Shown here piece after piece: positions 1 to 11,171 of a stretch of 64,000 bases of DNA. Position 1 is the first letter of the stretch. Each line of letters begins with the position of its first letter. A program made the position numbers and the translations under genes. The DNA comes from an uncultured cyanobacterium (GTDB lineage: Bacteria > Cyanobacteriota > Cyanobacteriia > Cyanobacteriales > CAWCAG01), in NCBI GenBank assembly GCA_963793425.1, contig CAWCAG010000007.1, positions 512,001-576,000 of the forward strand, written 5' to 3'. Below the pieces are notes generated by a model, which did not search any database, had not been told where the DNA came from, and saw only the letters and a program-made list of their open reading frames with translations.

Positions 1-10
1 ATAACTTTTT

Positions 11-33
11 TCAGTTATCAGTTATCAGTTATC
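11..33. repeat. Heptamer short tandem repeat (TCAGTTA)x3, STRR-like
   Basis: tcagtta tcagtta tcagtta tc read directly; such heptamer repeats are common in cyanobacterial intergenic DNA. Confidence 0.6.
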
Positions 34-36
34 TAA

Positions 37-83
37 ATGGTCAATGAAGCCCAACGGCAACGGCAAGCCGTACATTGACCATT
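37..83. terminator. Inverted repeat downstream of sqdB, possible terminator or 3' stabilising hairpin
   Basis: aatggtcaatg ... cattgaccatt 11-bp inverted repeat just past the sqdB stop. Confidence 0.45.
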
Positions 84-92
84 AACCATTGA

Positions 93-1292
<1,200 letters not shown>

Positions 1293-1456
1293 TCAGGTAT
1301 TGGTACACTGTAGGGCATTTAAATCTCTTCAGAAAGTAAGATTGTATATCAAAATACTTTTATTTCTAAAGGAAGGGAATTTTTTTGACCATGAAAACTT
1401 GGAACGGGGATTTAAGCAATTAGCCGTAGAGTTAGTCGAGATAAATTAATAGCTGA

Positions 1457-1681
1457 TCAACTAACTACTTCAACTTCACTCTCTTTAAGATGGGCGCGAA
1501 ACTTCTTACTAAACTTAACTTGTACAGGTAAATTGGCGCTTACAGGTCTGCCTTTCCATTCTGTAACTATGGCAATAACCTCTCCCTCCATCCCTTGGAT
1601 ATCAAAAGGCTTTTTCCTGTTTTCGGGATGATGATAAACAATAACAGATGCAGTGACACGGACGCGATCGCCAACTTTCAT
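1457..1681 (-). CDS. ftrV: Ferredoxin-thioredoxin reductase variable chain
   Basis: MKVGDRVRV...VYHHP...G.EGEV...WKGRPVSANLP...KFRAHL; ATG at 1681. Confidence 0.93.
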   Translation of the reverse strand: MKVGDRVRVTASVIVYHHPENRKKPFDIQGMEGEVIAIVTEWKGRPVSANLPVQVKFSKKFRAHLKESEVEVVS

Positions 1682-1802
1682 ACAATTTGTCTTCTCTCTT
1701 AGTGAGCTTAAAATTGAACCTTTAAGCATTTGTCTACGACTTTACCATTTTTGCATACCACTACCCCAGACACTAGTGGTTTGTCAATTTTCAAGTGTCA
1801 CT

Positions 1803-2971
1803 TTATAGAACTTCTTCATAAACCTGAATCATTCGTTGTGCGATCGCCTGCCAACTATAATGAGAAGCGGCATAATCTTGAGCTTTTTCTCCTTTAGCCT
1901 TAAGTTCGTCCTTATTTTGCAAAGCTAATAGAATCCCTTCGGTTAAAGCCGTTACCTCACAACTAGTAACCCAACCAGCCTCTGCATCACGAACTTCTTG
2001 CCAAATATGAACTTGATCAGAGATTACCACTGGAGTTCCTGCTGCCATCGCCTCTGCTACGGCGATGCCAAAATTTTCATAATAGGAAGGCAGGATAAAT
2101 AAATCCGCATCTTGTAACAAGGCCAGCTTAAATTCTCCCCCGACAAAGCCAGTAATAGTACTGTGGTTAGCTAACCCAGAAGCTTGAATCTGCCCTTGAA
2201 TCTGCTTTTCATACTCAGGATCTTGGGGATTGGCCCCGCTAAAACAAAATGAAACTCTTGCCCCTGGTTTAATAAATTATTCAAAGCCGGTATCAGTAAA
2301 TCGAGTCCTTTTTTAGGATCAATACGAGACATAAATAAAAGCAGTGGCTTATGGGGGGGGATACCCAACTCAGCCCGTCCTTGACCCGCTTCTGGCCGAA
2401 ACTCTGGTAACTTCACTCCCAAAGGAACAATAAAATCTTTCGTCTTTGCCCCAAAACGTTGAGAAATTTTCGCTTCTTGGGCGCTAGTAAAATGAACTCC
2501 TGCGGCCCCAGCCAAATTCGGTTTTTCTAAAAGGGAACCATAAATAGTCTTCAGTTGCTTCTTTTTTTGCAAATCAGCAGGGTCAAGAGTTCCCAAAGGG
2601 CGTAGTAAATAGGGTAATCGTTGCAAACGTGCTACGGTAGCTGCTGCGGTACTAACAGGAGAGAAAAGAGCGTGTATATGTGCTAAATCATACTCTTCGC
2701 CATGAGCCACCAACCAACTTAAAAGGGTAGGGGAAAACTTATAACGGCGAAAGGGAGAACAGCGAAAATAACGTATTTCATAACCATCTTGCTTCACTGG
2801 TTCATTAAGAGGAACATTTAAAGGAGGTTGACCCACATCTCCATTAGAATCAGTGGTTAGTAAAGTAACCTCAACCCCCTCAGCCCCTAAAGCCCCGGCT
2901 AAACCAAGAACCATTTGACTAGGGCCACCGTAAACTAAAGAAACCGAAGGGACAATTTGTAAAACACGCAT
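1803..2971 (-). pseudogene. hpsP: GT4 glycosyltransferase (HpsP-like, hormogonium polysaccharide) split by a 1-nt frameshift at about 2234-2237; possibly a sequencing error
   Basis: N-part MRVLQIVPSVSLVYGGPSQMV...FMSRIDPKKG and C-part LPSYYENFGIAVAEAMAAG join if one G is added to the GGGG run, giving LAGANPQDPEYEKQIQGQIQASGL...LALLQD. Confidence 0.8.
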
Positions 2972-3271
2972 TTTGGGGGCATTTAATTATTGGGCGATTG
3001 AGTTTGTAAACAAACTATGACAAAAACTGAAGCTCAAAAATTCACTTTTCCCCAATGTAGCCTGCTTTACTCTCATCTCCCAAAGAAAGTTTCACAGGAC
3101 TTTTCAATAGCTTAAAGGGATGATGCTTAGGGCAGCAAGGGTTAAAAACACCTTGAGAAAGCAAACTTAAGTAGACAAAGAAGAGGAAAATTATCCTTTC
3201 CCCCTTACTTGAGATCACCTTTGCATCATAAACTTGAATTTAAGAGGTAAACGGCAGTTGAGAGGTTTTTT

Positions 3272-4561
3272 GTGAAAAGAGTATTAGGAATTATTTTGGG
3301 AGGAGGTGCTGGAACCCGTCTATATCCCTTAACAAAAGTACGGGCCAAACCAGCAGTTTCCTTAGCGGGGAAGTATCGCTTAATTGATATTCCGGTCAGT
3401 AATTGTATAAATTCAGAAATTTATAAACTTTATGTTCTCACTCAGTTTAATTCAACATCCTTAAACCGTCATATCGCCCAGACCTATAACTTTTCGGGCT
3501 TCACAGAAGGGTTTGTAGAAGTCTTGGCGGCACAACAAACTGCTGAGAATCCTGGTTGGTTTCAAGGAACGGCTGATGCTGTACGCCAATACCTCTGGCT
3601 ATTACAGGAATGGGATGTAGATGAGTATTTGATTCTTTCTGGAGATCATCTCTATCGCATGGACTATCGCGATTTTGTTCAACGTCATCGCGAAACAAAT
3701 GCGGATATTACTCTTTCTGTCGTACCGATTGATGAGAAAAGAGCATCTAGCTTTGGTTTAATGAAAATTGATGATAACGGTAGGATTATTGATTTCAGCG
3801 AGAAGCCAAAAGGTAATGCCCTCAAGCAAATGCAGGTAGATACCACAACCTTGGGATTACCTCCAGAAAAAGCCAGAAGAATGCCCTACATTGCTTCAAT
3901 GGGGATTTATGTCTTTAAAAAGGAAGTTCTTTGTAATTTGTTGAAAGCGAATCTTGAAGAAACTGACTTCGGAAAAGAGATTATTCCTGCTGCTGCCCCA
4001 GATCATAATGTTCAAGCTTACTTATTCAAAGGCTATTGGGAAGATATTGGTACAATTGAAGCTTTTTATGATGCTAATTTAGCTTTAACCAAGCAACCTG
4101 ATCCTGCCTTCAGCTTCTATGATGCCAATGCCCCCATTTATACTCGTTCACGTTACTTACCCCCCACAAAACACTTAGATTGTCAAGTAACCGAATCAAT
4201 GGTAGGAGATGGTTGTGTTATCAAATCCTGTCGTATTCACCACTCTGTTTTAGGAATCAGAACCAGGATAGAAGAAAACTGTAGTATTGAAGATAGCTTG
4301 ATTATGGGAGCAGATTTTTATGAATCTTCAGCCCAACGCCGAGCTTCTTTAGATAAAGGTAAACCTCCTGTGGGTGTTGGCAGCGAAAGTACAATTCGCC
4401 GCGCTATTCTTGATAAAAATGCCCGTATTGGTAATAAAGTTCTGATTCTTAACAAAGATCGTATTGAAGAAGCTAATCGTGAAGAGCAAGGCTTCTATAT
4501 CCGTAGTGGCATTGTCGTTGTGTTAAAAAATGCTGTAATCCCAGACGGGACAGTAATTTAA
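3272..4561 (+). CDS. glgC: Glucose-1-phosphate adenylyltransferase (ADP-glucose pyrophosphorylase)
   Basis: [44 protein letters not shown] start. Confidence 0.98.
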   Translation: MKRVLGIILGGGAGTRLYPLTKVRAKPAVSLAGKYRLIDIPVSNCINSEIYKLYVLTQFNSTSLNRHIAQTYNFSGFTEGFVEVLAAQQTAENPGWFQGTADAVRQYLWLLQEWDVDEYLILSGDHLYRMDYRDFVQRHRETNADITLSVVPIDEKRASSFGLMKIDDNGRIIDFSEKPKGNALKQMQVDTTTLGLPPEKARRMPYIASMGIYVFKKEVLCNLLKANLEETDFGKEIIPAAAPDHNVQAYLFKGYWEDIGTIEAFYDANLALTKQPDPAFSFYDANAPIYTRSRYLPPTKHLDCQVTESMVGDGCVIKSCRIHHSVLGIRTRIEENCSIEDSLIMGADFYESSAQRRASLDKGKPPVGVGSESTIRRAILDKNARIGNKVLILNKDRIEEANREEQGFYIRSGIVVVLKNAVIPDGTVI

Positions 4562-4693
4562 CCACCTCGGATGAGGGAGTAGTAAACTGATAAAAGGCGA
4601 CCCTATAGAAGTTATTAACCTTAACGAATACTAAAATGGGCCGCTTTTTATCTATTTGCAAACATACAATAATTAAAACGAGATAGAGGCATA

Positions 4694-5002
4694 ATGAGTC
4701 AACGCGATGGTTTCACCGGGGGATTTTTAACAGGAGTAGTTGTTGGTGGCATTTTTGGAGGTTTAATGGGGGCGCTAGTTGCCTCTAAAAGCGAGAGAGA
4801 AACCGCAGAAGAAAAAGATTCTTTACTTAAGAACAACAATCAACCAGAGATTGCGGCTGGAACAGAAGAAAGTATCGAATTTGCCCGTCGTAGCTTAGAA
4901 GATAAGATCGCCCAACTAAATTTAGCCATTGATGATGTACGTCAGCAACTAGGTACGGTTAATGGCAAAAGCATTGGTGTAGAGATAGAAAATGATTATT
5001 AG
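4694..5002 (+). CDS. Conserved cyanobacterial hypothetical protein (Gly-rich TM helix plus coiled coil)
   Basis: GFTGGFLTGVVVGGIFGG; ARRSLEDKIAQLNLAIDDVRQQL; lies just upstream of YggT. Confidence 0.8.
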   Translation: MSQRDGFTGGFLTGVVVGGIFGGLMGALVASKSERETAEEKDSLLKNNNQPEIAAGTEESIEFARRSLEDKIAQLNLAIDDVRQQLGTVNGKSIGVEIENDY

Positions 5003-5101
5003 TTCTTATCTAGGAAGTTGCTAAATTAACGAAGGGCAGTTCTACAAATCCAGTAGAATAGGTGTATTAAGACAATTCAGCCAAAAAGGTTCTAAAAACT
5101 T

Positions 5102-5374
5102 ATGAGCGCTACTCAACTGTTCGCTACTAGCCTTGCCAACTTTATCTCGATTTATTCTCTGTTACTTTTGGTGAGAATTCTGCTAACGTGGTTTCAAACT
5201 ATGGAATGGGCCAATAATATTGCTGCTTTCTTGAGTCCCATTACTGATCCTTATTTAAACATTTTCCGTTCCTTTATTCCTCCCCTGGGCGGCATCGACT
5301 TGTCTCCCATCGTGGCAATTTTCGTTCTCAATTTTATTGGCTCTCAGTTAGGTAGATTAAGCCAAATAATTTAA
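5102..5374 (+). CDS. YggT/YlmG family membrane protein
   Basis: RILLTWF...ITDPYLNIFRSFIPPLGGIDLSPI. Confidence 0.93.
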   Translation: MSATQLFATSLANFISIYSLLLLVRILLTWFQTMEWANNIAAFLSPITDPYLNIFRSFIPPLGGIDLSPIVAIFVLNFIGSQLGRLSQII

Positions 5375-5829
5375 TAGTAGTAAGGGCGAACTTTTCTGGC
5401 AAAACCAGAAGCTTTAAATTGCTTAAGCTGAAGAGGCGTTGGTTGATTTGCAGGTACACTAATCCTGATTTGAAAATCACTAACGCCAGGAGGAATTTCT
5501 TCAATAGAACCAATGCGATTACGGTTTTGCATCGCTGGGTTGCCGTTGGCATCGTAAATGCGACCGAAAACATCAGCATCCACCACCAGCTTGCTAGTAG
5601 AGTTATTAACCTTGCCACTAACAACAAAACAGTTAGCTGCCCTAGTTGAACCAGTACCAACAAATCCTTCTGACAATTCAGCAGAACATTCTTGGTAGGA
5701 AAGATCAGAAATTTTAACTTGAGTCAAAGCAAAAGCTTGAGGAGCAACCAAGGAACTAAAAAGCCAAAAGCAAAGGGAAATAGCTATAACAGTTAAAGCT
5801 CGAATACTCATAAAACCGGATGCTCTCAA
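5371..5829 (-). CDS. Conserved exported hypothetical protein
   Basis: Signal peptide ending AFA; two Cys; DADVFGRIYDANG motif; start may be the ATG at 5811. Confidence 0.75.
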   Translation of the reverse strand: MRASGFMSIRALTVIAISLCFWLFSSLVAPQAFALTQVKISDLSYQECSAELSEGFVGTGSTRAANCFVVSGKVNNSTSKLVVDADVFGRIYDANGNPAMQNRNRIGSIEEIPPGVSDFQIRISVPANQPTPLQLKQFKASGFARKVRPYYY

Positions 5830-6029
5830 TTATTTTGTGGAATAATGCCTTGATCTTAAGATAACGCGGATTAGTTATCAATTAAATTTTAGTTAATTTG
5901 CGGTGCATTAATTACTTAAGAGTCAATACTCAACATCTGGTTTTCATGAAATTAAGAGTATAGTGCTAGAGTCAAGGACAAAAGGGGATTTAGCATCAAA
6001 ATCAATTATTAGCTTTATAATTTGCACCC

Positions 6030-7124
6030 ATGGTATTGCCAACTAATTTAACCAAACGCTATCAACATATTCTTTGGGCTACCGTTCGTCACTATATCGC
6101 TACAGCAGAACCAGTGGGTTCAAAAACTTTATATAATCAATATGACTTTAGGGTTGCCGCCACAATCCGTAATGCTATGGGGCGTTTAGAAAAGGCTGGT
6201 TTACTCTATCAACCCTATACTTCTTCTGGTAGGATTCCTTCAGACTCTGGTTATCGAATTTATGTAGATAACCTCATGACTCCGGATGAAGCTTTAGGCA
6301 ATAGGGTAGAAGAGTTGCTGAGTAGTAAGCTTAATTGGGATTCTTGGAGTTTCGAGGATCTTTTGCGGGGGGCAGCCCAGATTATTGCTACCCTAAGCGG
6401 TCATATTGCCCTAATTACTATGCCCCAACATTCTACTACGAGATTGCGTTACTTAAAGTTAGTCGAAATTGGGCAACAACAAATCATGTTAATTGTGGTG
6501 ACAGATTGCCATAAATCTCAATCTATTCTTATGGAAAGAAACTCAACACAGAAAAGAGAAGATGGAGTAGATATACAGTTAACAGAAAGAGAACTAAATA
6601 TGCTTTCTAATTTTCTTAATAGTAAGTTGCAAGGACATTTGCTATCAGAATTAGCTTGCATAGATTGGGGAGAATTAGACCGAGAATTTGAATGTTATGC
6701 AGATTTTTTGCAAGTATTGCAAAAGGAATTAACTCGCCGTTCCCAAGCCCCTAAATCTAATCCTATTATGGTTAGGGGGCTTTCAGAAGTTCTACGCCAA
6801 CCAGAATTTTCCCAATTAGAACAAGTGCAAATGTTGCTACATTTATTAGAAGAAGAACAAGAGCAGCTTTTACCCTTAATCTTAGCTATCCCAGGAGCAG
6901 AAAGTAATCAAAAGCGAGTTACTGTGAGAATTGGTGCGGAAAATCCTCTTCAACCTTTGACAACTTGTACTTTAATTTCTGCTTTATATTGGCAAAATGA
7001 AGTCCCTTTAGGCAGTGTTGGTATTATCGGTCCAACGCGAATGTTATATGAAAATGCCATTCCTTTAGTAGAGTCAGCAGCAGATTATCTTTCTAGTACT
7101 TTAACTCAGGTTTTTGCATTTTAA
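6030..7124 (+). CDS. hrcA: Heat-inducible transcription repressor HrcA
   Basis: YIATAEPVGSKTL, ATIRN, TSSGRIPSDSGYRIYV, GIIGPTRM.Y. Confidence 0.95.
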   Translation: MVLPTNLTKRYQHILWATVRHYIATAEPVGSKTLYNQYDFRVAATIRNAMGRLEKAGLLYQPYTSSGRIPSDSGYRIYVDNLMTPDEALGNRVEELLSSKLNWDSWSFEDLLRGAAQIIATLSGHIALITMPQHSTTRLRYLKLVEIGQQQIMLIVVTDCHKSQSILMERNSTQKREDGVDIQLTERELNMLSNFLNSKLQGHLLSELACIDWGELDREFECYADFLQVLQKELTRRSQAPKSNPIMVRGLSEVLRQPEFSQLEQVQMLLHLLEEEQEQLLPLILAIPGAESNQKRVTVRIGAENPLQPLTTCTLISALYWQNEVPLGSVGIIGPTRMLYENAIPLVESAADYLSSTLTQVFAF

Positions 7125-7130
7125 GCGACG

Positions 7131-7877
7131 ATGGAAATAATCAACTCAAAAATACAGTCCATCCTCAAGCTAGAGGGCTTGAGTTTAGCTACATATGTGG
7201 GAAATGTTTATTTATTACAAGATATCTTTTTTACTGTTTATCCTGGGGAATTTATTGGTATTGTTGGTGCTTCGGGGGCGGGAAAAACTTCTCTTTTACG
7301 CTTAATTAATCGTCTTGGAGAAGCGACTTCTGGCGCAATTTTTTTTGAAGGGAAAACAATTAAGCAAATACCCATTCAGAAATTACGCCAACAAATAGTT
7401 CTCGTCTCTCAAGAGCCTAAACTATTAGGAATGAAGGTAGAAGAAGCCCTAGCTTATCCTCTAAGGCTTAGAAAAATTTCTTCCCAAGAAATCTCCTCTC
7501 AAGTAAATAAATGGCTGGATAAATTAAAGATTAATCCAGATTGGTTAGAGCGCAATGAACTACAACTTTCTACTGGACAAAAACAACTTATTGCTATTGC
7601 TCGTGGTTTAATTATAGAACCCAAAGTTTTATTATTAGATGAACCAACTTCAGCTTTAGATATAGAACAAACAGAGCATTTACTAAAGGTTCTTAGGGAA
7701 TTAACCACCGAAAAGAAAACCACCATAATCATGGTTAATCATCAACTGGAGTTGATTAAAAGATTTTGTCAACGCATCCTTTACCTAAAACAGGGAAAAT
7801 TACAGCAAGATGCTCTAAGCAAAGAAGTTAATTGGTTGCAATTAGAAAAAAGTCTGAAAGAAGCAGAATTATACTAA
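7131..7877 (+). CDS. ABC transporter ATP-binding protein
   Basis: Walker A GASGAGKT, signature LSTGQKQ, Walker B LLLDEPTSALD. Confidence 0.93.
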   Translation: MEIINSKIQSILKLEGLSLATYVGNVYLLQDIFFTVYPGEFIGIVGASGAGKTSLLRLINRLGEATSGAIFFEGKTIKQIPIQKLRQQIVLVSQEPKLLGMKVEEALAYPLRLRKISSQEISSQVNKWLDKLKINPDWLERNELQLSTGQKQLIAIARGLIIEPKVLLLDEPTSALDIEQTEHLLKVLRELTTEKKTTIIMVNHQLELIKRFCQRILYLKQGKLQQDALSKEVNWLQLEKSLKEAELY

Positions 7878-8123
7878 ATCCGATGTATAAAAGCCAATAA
7901 TGAATTAAACATAAGTTAACCAAACGATAATTCGTTACTGGTGTTTCTATTTTGTTTGTACACAACTTTTTAGGGATAATACTTCAAACAATTTTCAAGT
8001 TGAGAATATTCACCTGCTGCATTTTTTTGTAAGCTACAGTATCAATTGTCGTCATTTCTGTTCTTTTAGCAGATAGTATTTCGTACTCAAATATCTCAGC
8101 AACAACGTAAAACTGTTCTCTTT

Positions 8124-9272
8124 CTATGGCCAAACTTGTTTACCTTGTTTGTCAATGTAAACATACTCGCCTTCTAAGGTAGAGTGCCATAATGTGTTCT
8201 CAAAATTATTTACATAATCTAAACGGGCCGGTACAACCATTTGGCCAGTCTTATCAATAAGTCCCCACTTACTATTAGATTTTACAGGGGCCAATCCGTT
8301 AGTAAATTCTTCCGCTATTTGAAACTGTGATTCGATAGCTATTTTTCCTGTTTCGTCAATATAACCCATCTTATTATTTAGTTTTATGGGAGCTAAACCT
8401 TCAGCAAATTTTCCTGCAAACTCAAATTGAGGAGAAATAGCCCACTTACCTTTCGAGTTAATAAATCCCCATTTTCCTTTACTCTCAGCAGCAGCCAAAC
8501 CTTCTGAAAAACTGCTTGTCCATCCTAACCAAGGACGGACTACCCATTTTCCTTTTTTGTTGATGAAGCCCCAGCCACCATATTTAACAGCAGCTACTCC
8601 TTCTGAAAATGATTCTGCTGCCTCAAATTTAGCTTTGCTTACTTGTCTACCTTCGTTATCAACAAAACCCACTAAATTATTTTGGAAAAACTTAGCTCGT
8701 CCTTCTGAAAATTGGGCTACAGATTCATACTGTGGTGATACTATAAATTCACCAGTTTTGTTAATGAAACCCCACTTGCCATCTTTTTGAGCAGCAGCTA
8801 AACCTTCTGAAAAGTTATTAAGTTGAGCAAATTGATTCTTGACTACCAATGTTTCCTGATGGTCGATAGCTCCCCAAAGATTATCTATTTTGACTAACGC
8901 TAGTCCTTCCACAAAAGGTCTAACTTCAGCAAATTGAGGGCTAATAACTACTTTACCTTTTGTGTTAACAAAACCCCATTTACCTTCTATTTTTACAGCA
9001 GCAAGTCCTTCAGAGAAGGTAGTAGCATCAGCAAATTGAAGAGGAATCATTATCTGACCTGAGTTGTCAATATAACCATATTTGCCCTGTTCATTGACAA
9101 GATATCTTTCTTCGGACATATTACTAAGCTCTGAGGAAGAAATTGTTACAGAATTCAATTTATTAGAGTTACTTGAGACTAGTTGGGGAACCTGGCAACT
9201 GCTAAGGATAAAACTAATAGTAATAGTTATCCAGAAGTGGATTGTAATTTCTTTAATAATTGATCTGCTCAT
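8124..9272 (-). CDS. WG-repeat (KWG) lipoprotein; candidate immunity protein
   Basis: Lipobox ILSSC; about 7 repeats of FSEGLA..K.GKWGFI(N/D)..G; starts 34 bp after the DUF4157 gene stop. Confidence 0.88.
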   Translation of the reverse strand: MSRSIIKEITIHFWITITISFILSSCQVPQLVSSNSNKLNSVTISSSELSNMSEERYLVNEQGKYGYIDNSGQIMIPLQFADATTFSEGLAAVKIEGKWGFVNTKGKVVISPQFAEVRPFVEGLALVKIDNLWGAIDHQETLVVKNQFAQLNNFSEGLAAAQKDGKWGFINKTGEFIVSPQYESVAQFSEGRAKFFQNNLVGFVDNEGRQVSKAKFEAAESFSEGVAAVKYGGWGFINKKGKWVVRPWLGWTSSFSEGLAAAESKGKWGFINSKGKWAISPQFEFAGKFAEGLAPIKLNNKMGYIDETGKIAIESQFQIAEEFTNGLAPVKSNSKWGLIDKTGQMVVPARLDYVNNFENTLWHSTLEGEYVYIDKQGKQVWP

Positions 9273-9306
9273 CTAGCTTCTAAATCAGAATGTTTTTTTG
9301 AAGACA

Positions 9307-10629
9307 TTAAGACTCATTCTTAATGGTAATTCTGCCTACACTTCTTGAATCTTTTCTAGATTGGATTAAATAAGCCCATATTTGTTCCCAATGTTCTGTA
9401 TTAACAACTGTGACACAACCTTGGCTCACCATACCTGGATGTAGATAGCGATCTCCACTATTACCGATACGGAACCAAGTTGTGGCGTAGTTACCATATG
9501 CGGCTCCAAGACTATGTTGATAGTCAGGAATTTCTAGATCGTATGTACCTGAAGGAATAGGATTGGTAGCATCCATATGTGCGCTTATGGGACCGAAGCT
9601 ACCAAAATTAAACTGACCATTCCACACATTTCCAAAATCCTTGACTTTTGTCCAAGTTACCTGAGCTGAACTATTAGGATTGAGGTAATGACCCAATTGG
9701 TCTGTGCTTACCTTTGCTTTTTTGTCTTTATAATACCCTTCGTGAATTTTAATCCTTCTTACGTCTCCTTCGTTAGTTAATAGGGTAACTTTGAGAGTAT
9801 GTGGAAGTTCTACAGGCTCTCCAGGGATATGGAAAGGACCAAGATAACCACTTTTTAAATCAGCCCATCCTGGGTGCTGTGGAGCTACAATACGACGATA
9901 CGTACCTCCTCTAGCAATCAATTGCTCTTCATTTCCCCTAGAAGCTGCTTGCTCAGATTGCGAATCTTCCTTTTTAGCAACAAAGCTGTTGTTATCTGGA
10001 ATGGATGAAGTGTTCTTTTGATAGTCTTTTAATAAAGGCTGAACAGACTCTCCAGCAGCTACCTTAGCCCCCACAGCATCAGCCTCCACCTCATACTTAT
10101 CTCCCACCTTGCCCATCTCCCCCGCAAGTTGTACCTTACCGGATTGTTGCTGGACAACATGAGTTCCTTCATGGGCAGCTAACTCAACGCTAGGAGGCTT
10201 TTGGAAAGCAATCTTGTTCCCCATTGTATAAGCCTGCGCCCCCAATTGCTTACTCGCTGCTGTTGCTGGGCCACCGATATAAGCTTGGACATGGGATAAA
10301 TCTTGTCCAAATGACCTTTGAATTCTATCTAAATGGGGTAACGCTACAGGGGAACCTGTAAAACCTGTAGCAGCAATCTGGGTGGGAGAATGATTAGCTT
10401 CTTCACCTCCACATTTGGCACATTTAGCTTGTACCTGTAAACCAGAACACATATTATCCCACATGGCCTTTTCACCGGCTATTTGCTGTTGCGTTGATGA
10501 CTTCTTTTGAACTACAGGATTAGGAGTAGCTTTTTGTTGTACAGGTTGAAAGTGAGGGGCAGAATTAATAGTTGGCTTTGGTACAGGAGGAATAAAAGAG
10601 CTAGATTTTTGGACAAGTTTGTGACTCAT
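9307..10629 (-). CDS. DUF4157 (eCIS core domain) protein with C-terminal Tlde1/DUF2778-like L,D-transpeptidase-fold toxin domain
   Basis: RSFGQDLSHVQ...LGAQAYTMGNKIAF...LAAHEGTHVVQQ (HExxH at 10159-10173) then YEVEAD; C-terminus PIPSGTY...RYLHPGMVSQGCVTV. Confidence 0.85.
   Translation of the reverse strand: MSHKLVQKSSSFIPPVPKPTINSAPHFQPVQQKATPNPVVQKKSSTQQQIAGEKAMWDNMCSGLQVQAKCAKCGGEEANHSPTQIAATGFTGSPVALPHLDRIQRSFGQDLSHVQAYIGGPATAASKQLGAQAYTMGNKIAFQKPPSVELAAHEGTHVVQQQSGKVQLAGEMGKVGDKYEVEADAVGAKVAAGESVQPLLKDYQKNTSSIPDNNSFVAKKEDSQSEQAASRGNEEQLIARGGTYRRIVAPQHPGWADLKSGYLGPFHIPGEPVELPHTLKVTLLTNEGDVRRIKIHEGYYKDKKAKVSTDQLGHYLNPNSSAQVTWTKVKDFGNVWNGQFNFGSFGPISAHMDATNPIPSGTYDLEIPDYQHSLGAAYGNYATTWFRIGNSGDRYLHPGMVSQGCVTVVNTEHWEQIWAYLIQSRKDSRSVGRITIKNES
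10299..10629 (-). repeat. Copy 1 of a 331-bp direct repeat (shared leader of the two toxin-like genes)
   Basis: Ungapped match to 11771-12101 with about 17 mismatches counted by eye. Confidence 0.95.
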
Positions 10630-10668
10630 GGTTAGTGACGGAAGGAAGATAATTTGAGTAGAAAACAG

Positions 10669-10710
10669 TGCTTCTTAAACATTGCTTCTTAAACATTGCT
10701 TCTCAAACAT
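10669..10710. repeat. 14-bp tandem repeat (TGCTTCTTAAACAT)x3 upstream of the DUF4157 gene
   Basis: Units at 10669, 10683 and 10697; the third has one mismatch. Confidence 0.9.
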
Positions 10711-10766
10711 TCTGTTACGGAAACATCTTTTAAAATGAGTTCCAATGTGAACTTTCGTCAAAATAA

Positions 10767-11162
10767 CTAAAGACCGATTAATCCTGTTGAAACAGAAACA
10801 TTGACAACTTTGCCTTCTTGATGATCAATTGCCACTAACCATCTTCTTGAAACAAGCAATGCTTTGCTAAGCAACAGTTTGCTAAAGTCACAATGAAGAA
10901 AATCTTTCTCCTCAGTAGTTCCAAAAGTTTCATCTTGGAGATATCTACACTTAAAGCGATTTTCCTCCATTACTTTTTTTGCTTGGAAAACAGGACTACC
11001 CACCGAAATATGAGCTAGAATCTCTTTTTCCATCAAGCGTGGATCTTCATAAAACTTGATTTTGTTTACCATTGATTTACTCGCAAAGTTAAAAGCAACG
11101 TACACAATGATTCCTACTAGGAAAAGAAGTAAAAAGTTTAGTGGTTTTTGATATATATTCAT
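10767..11162 (-). CDS. Small membrane-anchored hypothetical protein; candidate immunity protein
   Basis: N-terminal hydrophobic helix FLLLFLVGIIVYVAF, two Cys; starts 9 bp after the stop of 11172-12101. Confidence 0.75.
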   Translation of the reverse strand: MNIYQKPLNFLLLFLVGIIVYVAFNFASKSMVNKIKFYEDPRLMEKEILAHISVGSPVFQAKKVMEENRFKCRYLQDETFGTTEEKDFLHCDFSKLLLSKALLVSRRWLVAIDHQEGKVVNVSVSTGLIGL

Positions 11163-11171
11163 GTTGTTGAG

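Noticed and set aside
5940..6029. CIRCE operator upstream of hrcA
   Set aside because: Only partial half-sites (tagtgcta, ttagcatc), not arranged as TTAGCACTC-N9-GAGTGCTAA
7878..8123. Possible gene remnant on the minus strand at the edge of the toxin locus (EQFYVVAEIFEYEILSAK...)
   Set aside because: Short, with no clear start and no recognisable motif; cannot be supported without a search
10669..10710. Possible mini-CRISPR array
   Set aside because: Units are 14 bp, contiguous and spacer-less; no cas genes in the window
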